Shown here one piece after another: positions 27,062 through 37,071 of a stretch of 37,071 bases of DNA. Source of the DNA: Histomonas meleagridis 2922-C6/04-290x (Eukaryota > Protista > Parabasalia); assembly GCA_020184695.1 (NCBI GenBank), contig JAANOX010000066.1, positions 1-37,071 on the forward strand, in the 5' to 3' direction. The notes under the pieces are model-generated. The model saw nothing but the letters and a program-made list of their open reading frames with translations. It was not told the origin of the DNA and did not search any database. The translations under genes were made by a program, and so were the position numbers. Every line of letters starts with the position of its first letter. The stretch's first letter is position 1.

Positions 27062-27951
27062 ATGAACAGGAAACAAAATAATAACAATCAAAAAAGAAAC
27101 GTATTAAATTACAATGATGATTGCATTTTATTTGAATCCGAACATTTTATAGCCATTGCAAATGCTTATCAAGGAAGAGCACATATTATTATCAGAACTC
27201 GAAGAGAAATTCCAATCGACGCTATTTCAAACAACTTGGAAGATTTTAATGATGAAAATAAACAAGAATTTTGGCATATTGTTCAACAAGTAGTTGCTGA
27301 AGCTCAAATACCAATTGTATTATGTCATCACTTCGGAGGCTGGAGAAGTGCTGATCATTTCCATGTGCATCTTGTTTGCAAGCATAGTGGTTTTGCAAAA
27401 TATGTTTCGTACAAAACAAAAGTTGAACAAAATCAAATTCTTCAAAAACTTGAATCAACGGAAAAATACCTTACTAACAGACACATGAACAAGTTCAAGA
27501 AAGATGATATTAAGTGCTTAGAAGAAAATCTTCCTGAACTTGATCCAGATAATTTTGCTCCCAAAGAATGGGGAGACTATAAAGTTGAACTTGATTCTGT
27601 TTACCCTCGTATCAAGTTTATTCCAAAGCAAGTACAAGTTTTTAGTACAAACAATAATAAACAGATCCAAATCGAATTGACGAAATATCGAAGCGAATGC
27701 TTCACTGCTATGATTACTCTAGCCGAACAACTTGGCTTTGAAAACGTATATTTGTTTTCTAACATCAGTTTCGTATATGGGTTAAGTTGAGCGGAGATAC
27801 ATTTAACCTTAATGTCGACAGAGCCGATGGCAACAAGATATATGGGCTTATATCTGTGTACACTCCAGACTATTATAAGATTAATCCTAACGCAAAGCAA
27901 TGGCTGAAGAATTACAAGGAGGCTCCTCCTGACATCTTTGCCTGCGTTTAA
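27062..27951 (+). CDS. HIT-motif (HxHxH) protein, predicted join(27062..27745,27769..27951), 288 aa
   Basis: HFHVHLV at 27356-27376. Removing a 23-nt GT-AG intron gives in-frame ...GFEN|FRIWVKLSG...PDIFACV followed by TAA. Confidence 0.75.
27746..27768 (+). other. Predicted 23-nt spliceosomal intron
   Basis: GTATA-TTTGTTT-TCTAAC-ATCAG: GT donor, CTAAC branch point, CAG acceptor, phase 0. Removal extends the ORF by 60 codons. Confidence 0.75.
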
Positions 27952-28409
27952 AATTCAATCGTTGACGATTATTTTGAATTCAATCAAAATGATTTGACTA
28001 AATCAGAACTTTTGTGGAAATTTTAACCAATTCTAATCATCTTTTTGGGTTAATTTAAGTCGGTTAGTTCCAAGAAAAGGATTTTAATCACACATCGTCT
28101 GGCTTTATGATACCATGATTTTCAAATTTTCAAAAATTTTTAAGAATTCTTAACTATTTAATGCGAAATGTTGGCCTACATTGCAAACCAACTATTTGTT
28201 ATTGGGATTTTTTCAATAAAAAGTTGCGAATTAAAATTTCATATATTACAAATTAAAATTAAATTAAAATCTTTTTGTTTAAACACTCAAAGCTAAATTG
28301 ATTGTTAAAGAATTTGGATGTATTTAATTTTAATCAGTTATTATTTACAACAACAACAAAAAAAAAAAAAAAAAAAAATAATTATCCATATATAATAAGG
28401 AGAAAGCAT

Positions 28410-29210
28410 TTACTCCAAATTGATATTAACTTTTGTTACTTTGAATTCGTTGTCTTTTGCCAATATATCACTGTATTGAACAAATGGATGAGCCTCTGGT
28501 TCTTTCTGTTCCCATTGATCTGGGGTTAAGAAAGAGTATGTGGCTTCGATTGCTTTATAAGTGGCAACAAGGAAGTTAGCGGATGTCTTTGTGTTACCAA
28601 TTGATGATGTGAAGAGATCTTCGAAACCGGCCATGGCTAAAAGCTTCTTAGCAACGGAACCTGCAACAATTCCGGAACCACGTGGAGCTGGAATAAGACG
28701 AACACGAACAGATCCACATTTACCAGTAACTGTATTTGGAACAGTGTGTGGTTGACCGATCTTGTTACCCCAATAACCACGACGAACTGGGAGAATAGAA
28801 AGCTTTGCATAAATAAGAGCACCTTTGATGGCATTGGCAACTTCGGCAGATGTCTTAATACCAAGACCAACATGTCCATCATAATCACCAACAGCAACAA
28901 CTGCCTTAAAGCGTGTGCGTTGACCGGCACGTGTTTGTTTCTGAACTGGCATGATCTTCATCACTTCATCCTTTAAGTTATCACCTAAGAGTGCATCAAT
29001 AATTTCTGGTTCTTTAATTGGCATTGCATGAAGGTAGATTTGTTCGATGGAAGTGATACGACCAGAAGCAACTAAACGACCTAATTTAGTCTTTGGTTGC
29101 CACTTATCTTTACCGCCTCTGTTCTGTGTATTACGTTGTGGACGTTCGCGTTGGCGACCACGCATTCCGCCACGGCGTTGTTCAGCATTTTGTTGTTGAA
29201 CTTCAGACAT
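28410..29210 (-). CDS. rps2: 40S ribosomal protein S2 (uS5)
   Basis: 266 aa; RG-rich N-terminus, [51 protein letters not shown]. Confidence 0.97.
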   Translation of the reverse strand: MSEVQQQNAEQRRGGMRGRQRERPQRNTQNRGGKDKWQPKTKLGRLVASGRITSIEQIYLHAMPIKEPEIIDALLGDNLKDEVMKIMPVQKQTRAGQRTRFKAVVAVGDYDGHVGLGIKTSAEVANAIKGALIYAKLSILPVRRGYWGNKIGQPHTVPNTVTGKCGSVRVRLIPAPRGSGIVAGSVAKKLLAMAGFEDLFTSSIGNTKTSANFLVATYKAIEATYSFLTPDQWEQKEPEAHPFVQYSDILAKDNEFKVTKVNINLE

Positions 29211-29216
29211 CTTCGT

Positions 29217-29237
29217 AAAGGTTCGACCAAAACCGCT
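29217..29237 (-). promoter_or_regulatory. M3 (AGCGGTTT) + M5 (CCTTT) core promoter of rps2
   Basis: The minus strand reads ggAGCGGTTTtggtcgaaCCTTTacgaagATG. This matches the Trichomonas M3 (DRCSGYTD, Myb-bound) and M5 elements. Confidence 0.7.
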
Positions 29238-29497
29238 CCTTTATTTTACATCAAATGTCTCTTTTATTTCAATGAAAATGCTCTAACCAAAGGGTTGTTG
29301 AAACAATAATTTTTGTCATAAGATTCCTCTAAAAAATATATATCATCTTTTCCAATTTTTTTTGTGAAAGTAAAAATTTTTGCCAATGTGTATTATTGCA
29401 TTATAACTTTTAAGAAAAAAAAAATCAAGGGCAGCTTCCGGATGACCACAAAATAATTCAAGTTTTCCTAAGCAAATTAAAAAAATCCCAAAATCGG

Positions 29498-29900
29498 AAA
29501 GTGTTAATTCATCCAATCCTAAACCTCTAGTTGAACTTGATAACATTCAAATTTTGAGCAATGTATTTATAAAAATTTAATTTTTATAATCGCGACCCGA
29601 TGTGAATGATGACATTTTTAATTTCAGTCACAATTCCGAATTCCATATTTGAATTTACAAAATTTCAAAGTGTTAATTCAATCCTAAATCTATAGATGCG
29701 AATATTAAAATCTCAATTTGATACGTATAATTACATTTTTAATTTCTGCCACAATTCCGAATTCCATATTGGAATTGCCAAAATTTCAAAGTGTTAATTC
29801 ATCCAATCCTAAATCTATTGTTAAGTTGATAACATTGCGAATATTAAAATCGCAATTTGATTGTATAATTACATTTTTAATTTCTGTCACAATTCCAAAT
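29498..29900. repeat. Imperfect tandem repeat, units of 121 and 138 bp plus partial copies
   Basis: acatttttaatttc(a/t)g(t/c)cacaattcc starts at 29612, 29733 and 29871. aaagtgttaattca(tcc)aatcctaaa occurs three times from 29498. Confidence 0.85.
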
Positions 29901-29934
29901 TTGTAAATTGTTAATAAATTCTTTAGTCAATTCA

Positions 29935-31419
29935 TTATTTCCCAGTGTTCATCTTCGATGCTGCCATACTCTTCTTCATCAAGTTCGACAGTCCAGTCAC
30001 TCCGCCCAACTGCTGCAGCATCTTCGGGTCCATTGCCCTTGACATGCTTCCTAGCGTTTGTTTGATTGATCTCTCGTTTAGCGAGTTGGGGTTTTGGTCC
30101 ATTTGTATCAGCTGCTCGAGCATTGGCTTGCTCATCTTTGAGAACATCTTTGCAAAACGCTTTTGCTCTTCGATTACGTATTGCACGAAGACCAATGGCA
30201 TTCCGCATCCTCGTGCGATTCTTTTCTTTCGGTTCTCTTCTCGAAGGAGAATCGGGTTCTCCATTTCTTCGTCCGTCATTGAGTCCATTACGTACAACAT
30301 CCGCTTCACGTTGTCCGACATATCTCTCGAGGAGATCTCCCGTGGCATATATTGCTTCATGCCCATAGTATCTATCAGCGCTGATAAGTCGCCCATTTCT
30401 AACACAGTTTGATATTGTTGATACATTTCTTTGAATGTAAAGTGGCCATCGAGGATTCGTTGCGCAATTTCCTTTTGTTTGTCCATGTCAATCTCTTCCA
30501 TCTTCCGCGCAAATGCCATAACATCGCCAAAGCCTAACATTCGAGAGATGAAACTTTTCGCATCAAAGACTTCTAATGAATCAATGCCTTCCCCTGTGCC
30601 ATAAAATGAAATGGGTGAACCTGTGGCTGCAACTGCGGATAACGCACCGCCTCCTTTAGCATCTGAGTCTAATTTGGTCACAATTATTGATCCAACACTA
30701 ACTGCTTTGGAGAACGCACGAGCTTGTGATTCGGCCATTTGGCCAATGGTGCCATCCAAAACAAAGATAACTTCGTCGGGTTGGATGGCATCTTCGAGTT
30801 GTTGCATTTCGGCAAAAAGTTGGGACTCTTGCATGTGACGACCACTGGTATCAACTATAACAAGATCAAATTTCTCCTTTTTGAACTTGGCTAAGCCTGC
30901 TAAGGAAATTTCAATTGGATCATTATTATCTAAATCAATATAATATGGAATATTGGCTTGTAACGCATTCTGCATAAGCTGCTCACGTGCGCCAGCTCGG
31001 AAGGTATCGGCTCCAATGACACCGACTTTCCATCCTCGACGTTTATAGAAGTTTCCGAGTTTGGTACATGTCGTAGTCTTACCACTACCTTGAAGACCAA
31101 CCATCATGTATACATTGGTGCGACCTTTGGTTGGTTGAAAGGCTTCGGTTTTAGGATCAATCATGGTTACAAGTGCATTTAAAACTTCACGCTCAATTAT
31201 TTTACGGGGAGAAACGCCTGGCGGTAGTTCATTGATTTTGACTTTGCTGGTAATGTCTTTCATAAATTTAATAATAGTCATTTGATTAACATCAGCTTCT
31301 TTAAGAGCAGCAACAATTTCTCGAATAAACTGCTTGAAAAAGGTGTCATCAACTTTCTTTGCATTGGCTAATTTGTTGAACCCTTCTAAAAGTTTCTCGC
31401 CGAGATCTTGAAGAACCAT
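29935..31419 (-). CDS. SRP54: Signal recognition particle 54 kDa subunit
   Basis: 494 aa; MVLQDLG N-terminus, GLQGSGKTT, DTFRAGA, DTSGRH, TKLD..AKGGGALS, Met-rich M domain with RIARGCG. Confidence 0.97.
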   Translation of the reverse strand: MVLQDLGEKLLEGFNKLANAKKVDDTFFKQFIREIVAALKEADVNQMTIIKFMKDITSKVKINELPPGVSPRKIIEREVLNALVTMIDPKTEAFQPTKGRTNVYMMVGLQGSGKTTTCTKLGNFYKRRGWKVGVIGADTFRAGAREQLMQNALQANIPYYIDLDNNDPIEISLAGLAKFKKEKFDLVIVDTSGRHMQESQLFAEMQQLEDAIQPDEVIFVLDGTIGQMAESQARAFSKAVSVGSIIVTKLDSDAKGGGALSAVAATGSPISFYGTGEGIDSLEVFDAKSFISRMLGFGDVMAFARKMEEIDMDKQKEIAQRILDGHFTFKEMYQQYQTVLEMGDLSALIDTMGMKQYMPREISSRDMSDNVKRMLYVMDSMTDEEMENPILLREENRKKRIARGCGMPLVFVQYVIEEQKRFAKMFSKMSKPMLEQLIQMDQNPNSLNERSIKQTLGSMSRAMDPKMLQQLGGVTGLSNLMKKSMAASKMNTGK

Positions 31420-31459
31420 AGCTTATTTGTTCAACCGATTTAAAATTGAAAAGTTTATA

Positions 31460-31467
31460 AAACCGTT
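31460..31467 (-). promoter_or_regulatory. M3-like element upstream of SRP54
   Basis: AACGGTTT on the minus strand, 40 nt upstream of the ATG, matches DRCSGYTD. Confidence 0.45.
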
Positions 31468-32297
31468 AATCAAAATTTTAGGTTTTAGATACTGAGTATG
31501 ATTCATTGGTTAATTTAAAGTAATAATGCTAAGTACCAATTAATTAATAGCTTTTAAAATCTAAAATGATCATTTTTTCTTTATAAAGTCAAGTTAAGGT
31601 TTTGACGATGATCATTAATCAAAGTAAAAAATTTGAATATTGTTTTAACGTGAATAAATATTCCAATAATTTTAATAATCATTTAAAATTATTGAAAATT
31701 TATACTTTGCTAAAATTAATAATTTTACCAATTTTCAAAAAATATATAAAATATTGAATAAATTTTTAAGATGTATTAATAACGAATATGTTTAGATTTT
31801 TTTAGTGTAAGATTATGTATTATAAGAGAAAGAAAAAATTGGAAATTTTGCGCATTATATTTATTAACTTTGCTTTGTAAAGATTGTAAACGTTATTCAA
31901 ATTGATTTGACAGAAAAACAACTTTTTGCACGAAATTTTGCAAAATTTTCTTACAAAAAGAACTGTACTGAACTGACACATGTTTTTAAATATTACAATG
32001 ATGTTTAACATAAATGCTAATATTCTCAAGAACACATTTACAAATAGAGATGAAGGTATACATCATAACAAATCTTCAGATTTGAAGTTACTAACTCACA
32101 AATAAAAAATTAAAAAGTCAAAACATTACAAATTAATCATCATGATAGGATGAAAAGAGAAATAACTTATAAATTTTTGAAATTTTTTTAACTATTGCAA
32201 AGTAGAATAGCATCATTTCCTTTGAAAAAATGTTTAATAAATTTGAGAGGTAATTTCCCATTTTCTGGTTGATCGTTTTTCTGTTCACTAACCTTTG

Positions 32298-34416
32298 ATG
32301 AATGTTTTGCAAAAAATTGAACAAATTGTTTTTTCTTTGAGTGAACAAAACATTAATTCATCAGTTTTTGAAACAATTAGTTTATTTGATTCAAATATAG
32401 AATATTCATATTTTCTGATAATAAGTCAGATGATTTTTGCATCTTTTTGTACAGGCATGAAACACCACTATTTATACTTTGAATACTTAAAAAAAATTCA
32501 AGCTAACAAAGAAAAAAATATTTATAAAATAATTGATATATTCGCTAACTTTCTTTTGCAATCTAATTTAGAGGAATCAAATTATCTTCTTGAAAAACTA
32601 ATTGAACAAAGTTTAATTAATCCTTATTTGATAAGAAATAAATCAACTTTTTATTTTGCACATTACAAAACAAAATTTGAAATTGAAAGACTAAAGCAAC
32701 CCTCTCCATTCCAACTATTCGATTTGATCAAGATTTTTTTGAAAATTTTGATAACTTATCGAAAAATGATTGGAGTCTTCATAAAAAATTAGTTCAAGAA
32801 GGATTTAATTTATTAAAAATTGTCAAAATTATTCGAAAAGATGATTTAGAAAAATTTCAAAAAATAACTTCTAAAAAGAAATTTAATATCAATTTATTAA
32901 ACCATCACTTTATGAAAGATATTCATTTATTAACAAAGAAAATGTTTCATTAATTGATTATTGTGCATTTTTTGGTTCAATTCAATGTTTTAAATATTTA
33001 CTAAAAAAAGGAGCTAAAATAAATCAAACATTAAAATATGCAATTGCAGGAGGAAATTTAGAAATTATTCATTTATGTGAACAAAATAATTCATTATTTG
33101 AAGATGTATATGAAACAGCAATTAAATTTCATAAAAATGATATTTTTCATGATTTTTATGATAAGAAAATTATTAAAAACAAAGATTTAACTAAATTAGG
33201 AATTAAATGTATTAAATATAATAATTATGAAATTTTATCATTTTTAGAAGAAAAAGGTTTAGAAATTAATGATGAAATAATAAAAGAAACTATAAAAAAT
33301 GGAAATTTGTTATTAAACAAATATTTTGTAGAATTAAGTTATGCTCCATGTGGATTTTTAGTTGATGCAATTCAATTTGGAAATGTTGATCTTGTTATGT
33401 ATATACTTAAACAAGGAGGAATTGATATCAATGAAAAAGATATTTATTTTTTAATTTTAAAATTTATAATAATATTTTGATTTTTCCTATATTATTTTGG
33501 ATTTTTTTTATATTATTTAATACTTCACTTATTCTTGCATCCCAATATGGATATTATGAAATAACTCAATTACTTCTTCAACAAAGAAAAATTGATATTA
33601 ATTCTAAAAATGATATATTTTTTATTTTTTTGTTATTATCAACAATTAAATGTTTTTTATTAATCTTTAAAATTTATTTAATCCTTTTCAAACAGCATTA
33701 ATAAAAGCATGTTTATATGGGTACACTAATATTGTAAAACTCCTTCTTGAACAAAAAGGAATTGATTTAAATGCAAAAGATATTTAATCTTTGTTTTCTA
33801 TGATTTTTTCTCTATTTTGATGCGAATCTTTTAAACTTCATATTTAAATTCATTATTTTTTTCATCACTTATGTATGCATCACAAGGAGGTTATATTGAT
33901 ATAGTAAAATTACTTCTTGATCAAAAAGGAATTGATTTAAATTCTGGTAATTTAATTTTGTTTTGTTCGAAGTTATTTTTGAAAATTTGTTGGAATTTTT
34001 TGAAACAGCACTTATTCTTGCAAGTTGGGATGGGCATAAGGGAAATAGTGAAATTACTTATTGAACAAGAAGGAACAGATATCAATGTTCAAAGTATTAA
34101 ATTATTTGTTTTTGATATTTTTTTCCAATATTTTTGTTTTATTATCTGTTTTTGGAATTTATTTGTGAAATTTACAACAGCACTAATAAATGCATGCCAA
34201 AATAATCATCGAGTAATAGTTAGAATGCTTCTTGATCAAAAAAGTATTAACATTAATTTAAAAAATTTTGGTCTTTTATTTTTGATGTTTTTTGTATCCA
34301 TTTAATATTCGCGATTTTATACATGGAGTTTTATATCAAAATTGCAAACAGCATTTGATATTGCATCTTCAAAAGGATACCAAGAAATTAGAAGGATGAT
34401 TTCATTAAAATCATAA
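32298..34416 (+). CDS. DUF3447-like + six-ankyrin-repeat protein; interrupted by six AT-rich inserts and three short frameshifts (possible pseudogene)
   Basis: TCACT Inr at 32285-32289 and ATG at 32298. Segments NDWSLHKKL...IIRKDDL, KPSLYERY...SLIDYCAFFGSIQCFKYL...LKYAIAGGNLEIIH (DUF3447-like), then ankyrin pieces TSLILASQYG, TALIKACLYG, SSLMYASQGG, TALILASWDG, TALINACQNN, TAFDIASSKG. TAA at 34414-34416. Confidence 0.75.
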
Positions 34417-34599
34417 ACTCATTCATAAATACTCATAAGAGTTCAAATATAACAAAACCTTCTTAAAATAAGGTACTTTCACTTTCTTTTTTCAGACATT
34501 TGAGAGAAATTTTTCATCACAAAATCAAAACTGTGCAAAGTTAATTTTTTTTATCTTTGCTCTGCAGCATTCTGCTTTCATTGTGCAGATGGGCAACAA

Positions 34600-36270
34600 T
34601 CACATCACTGACCAAATTACATTGCGATTTCCATTTCAGGGGAATGTCACTTTATACCCAAAAAAATTGCAGGGATTAAAAAATTAACAGAATTCCAGCT
34701 TACAATTTTTTTGCTTGAAGATTTAGATTTAACCATTTGTTTGCTAGTATATAACAAAATATAAAATTTATTTATCAATTGAACAACAAAATATTTGTGC
34801 AAATCGTTTTCGCCATGAACCGCCCTCTCAAAAAGTGGAGAAATATTTTTCAAAGAGTCTCTCTCTGCTTTTTCAAAAAAATCATCAAAAGTTGTGAAAC
34901 CTTTTGATTTTGATGAGCAAGAGAAGCCAAAGGCGATACTTTTGCCATTATTAAGGTATAATGTTTTTTTTTTCATTGTTCTTCATATCCTCAATATTAT
35001 CGACTTTGGTTTGTTCAGCAGAAGGAATTTATCTGATATACCTGTTCAGAATATCCTTTGATTCAATTTCATTAATTGTCATCAAAATATGACGACAAGG
35101 AATTGAAAATTCTGGTGCTTTATTGCGGAGAATACACTAACAACAAACTGTAGGTTCATAAATATCAATTTGTGCCTTTAAATACTCATAAGTCAATGTA
35201 TTTGCAAATATGTCTCCAATCATATTATTGTATTCTTTCTTTATACACGGAATATGTGCAAAATGATCGTTTGCTGAGTGACTTATCGATTGGACAATTA
35301 AAACGTGTGCGAGATTATTTAATCTCTCTATTGATTGAATATGAGTCATCTGTGAAAATTGGTAATTTGTTTTATAGCGAGAAAAAATATTTTCTACACG
35401 TAATGTATTTATACATTTTTCAGATACTCTTTCAGGAGCCAAATCTAATGGAAGCCAGTGCTCTCTGAGCTTAATCAAATTCGATGATAGATTTCTTACA
35501 TTTTAATCTATTTTTTTACATTTATTTTCAAGCAAATTTATAAAAACTTCACAATAATCCATATTTAATCTCATTTTGAAAAACACTTGCATGATTTCCA
35601 TATAATGAAGAGTTTCAAGGTTTCGTTGGATATGAACCAAACAAAATCCAATGATAGATTCTGGATAGATTACTTTTACAGAATTGAATTGTGCTATGCA
35701 AAGAAAAGAACATAATATCACCGATTATTATTATCATAGAAACCAATTTTGGATTACAACAAATTAAACCAGGTCTTCTTCCATGGAAAGTACAACAGAA
35801 AACATAATTTCTATTTTTATTATGCGTTTGAGATGCAGAATAAGGAATACCAATGTTTCTTGTAATTTCTGTGATAAATTGTGTAATAGTTATATACTGT
35901 TTGTATGGAAAAGATGTCATCTTGATCTGGGAGCATTCTTCAATAATTTGTTCCATTACCTTTTTTAAAAAAAATTTTCTGAAAATATTTCTCCACTTTT
36001 TGGAAGGACGGTTCATGGCGAAAACGATTACCCAAAATTCGAATTTTTTGGGATTTAAGATTTTCAATGCTAATTTGGTCGTTAAACAATGCACACATTT
36101 TCCCTTTCTTCATTCTACACATGTTATAAACAACATTTTCCCAATACTTTCTCCAATTTTGGGCTGATTTTATTGCAGAAAAATTGAGCAAATAATATTT
36201 GATGAGATCCATTCTTCACAATTTAAAGTTTTAATTGTAAACACAATCTTTGACTGAAGATGGTAAAAAG
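34600..36270 (-). mobile_element. Decayed Mutator-like (MULE) transposase with SWIM zinc finger
   Basis: Pieces in different frames: IIIGD/IAQFNSVKVIYPESIIGFCLVHIQRNL (MULE core), LREHWLP...NTLRVENIFSRYK, and C*CILRNKAPEFSIPCRHIL (SWIM CxCxnCxH with a TAG at x). I could not find terminal inverted repeats. Confidence 0.75.
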
Positions 36271-36474
36271 ATCCATCAAACCAATATAACAATTATCTGA
36301 ATTCAATAGAGGGAATAATATTCCACATTTTTTTAAGAAAATAGGGATAATAATGAAACAAGCTTGTAATGACAATACGGTTTCAATCAAATTTAAGATC
36401 GTAAGCCATAATTGAATTTAAAAATTTGACAATTCGAGGATAAAAGTTTACTAATTTTTTTCGCAAATAATTTT

Positions 36475-36479
36475 TCATT
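36475..36479 (+). promoter_or_regulatory. Initiator (TCATT)
   Basis: Trichomonad Inr consensus TCA(Y)(W), 3 nt before ATG 36483. Confidence 0.55.
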
Positions 36480-36482
36480 TTT

Positions 36483-37071
36483 ATGGAAAATCAAACTGGT
36501 GAAAAAGACATCAGTCAAAACATTCGTGACGAGTTGGAAACATTATTATTAATTAAGCAAACAATTTTTAATTTAAATAAAGAAAACATTTCTCAAGCTT
36601 CAACTTTAATATTTAACAAATTTGATGAAAATTATTCCTTACCCTTTAGCATTTTGATTATCCAAATGATACATATTTTATATATTGTGAAATCAAGTGA
36701 TCTTTATTTGTATTTTAATTTTATGAAAGAAATTGAGGCGTTAGAAAAGAGTCACAAAAGCAAATATTCTTTTTTTTTGATATATTCACAAATTTTCTTC
36801 TTAATAATTTGAAGCTTATTATCTTATTTAGTACTTGTGTATTAACAAAATAGTTAATTTTTAAATTTTTGAAAAATCTCCACGACAAATATTTTTCTTC
36901 ATCATAAGCATCCCGAAGATATTAATAAAATTATTGGAACATACGAAAATTTGGAGATAAAATTAAAGAAAATTATGATGAACTTTCAAAAAATGATTGG
37001 GAACTTCATAAGAAGTTAATTGAAGAAGGAGTTAATCCATCAAAAATTGCGATGATAATTCGAAATGATGA
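36483..37071 (+). CDS. Second DUF3447/ankyrin-family paralogue, frameshifted, truncated by window end
   Basis: N-terminal ORF of 109 aa. A downstream frame reads KENYDELSKNDWELHKKLIEEGVNPSKIAMIIRND, matching LSKNDWSLHKKLVQEGFN...IIRKDD of the 32298 gene. Confidence 0.6.

Noticed and set aside
29927-30838. Overlapping ORFs within SRP54 (29927-30208, 29945-30412, 30066-30368, 30611-30838)
   Set aside because: Shadow frames of a GC-richer real gene; no domain signal. The same applies to ORFs overlapping rps2, rps23 and the HIT gene.
33477-34305. Hydrophobic 'transmembrane' segments in ORFs 33477-33701 and 33871-34305
   Set aside because: They are translations of the T-rich inserts (Phe/Leu/Ile codons), located in the middle of ankyrin repeats.
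33946-34350. Canonical GT-AG splicing of the ankyrin inserts using AACAG in aca-gca
   Set aside because: Inserts 1-3 lack a nearby GT and inserts 1 and 3 lack the AG. Where possible, this splice would delete the conserved hairpin and Thr. AT-AC ends also give the wrong phase for insert 1.
1-37071. tRNA, rRNA or CRISPR array
   Set aside because: No cloverleaf/T-loop, rRNA-like segment or repeat-spacer array seen by eye. The 170-nt ankyrin periodicity is a coding repeat, not CRISPR.

Overview
AT-rich eukaryotic DNA, most likely from a parabasalid (Trichomonas/Tritrichomonas-like). The host is inferred from M5/M3/Inr promoter motifs, a very short GT..CTAAC..CAG intron and DUF3447-ankyrin genes. 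The window has three zones. (1) ~1-26.46 kb: gene-sized but decayed coding relics with in-frame stops and 1-nt frameshifts. Recognisable ones are an ankyrin protein, a double Zn-ribbon/Thr-rich protein and a C2 + TerD-like protein; most others I cannot identify. (2) 26.5-31.4 kb: an intact housekeeping cluster (rps23, a HIT-motif protein with a predicted 23-nt intron, rps2, SRP54). (3) 32.3-37.07 kb: two DUF3447/ankyrin paralogues flanking a decayed Mutator (MULE/SWIM) transposase. The most striking observation is in zone 3. All six ankyrin repeats of the first paralogue are interrupted at the same beta-hairpin position by U-rich inserts lacking consistent GT-AG ends (spacers 80, 80, 80, 53, 81, 81 nt; an exact 170-nt period over the first four). 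Removing them restores regular 34-aa repeats. All translations and counts outside the supplied ORF track are hand-derived. Assembly error cannot be excluded as a source of some lesions.
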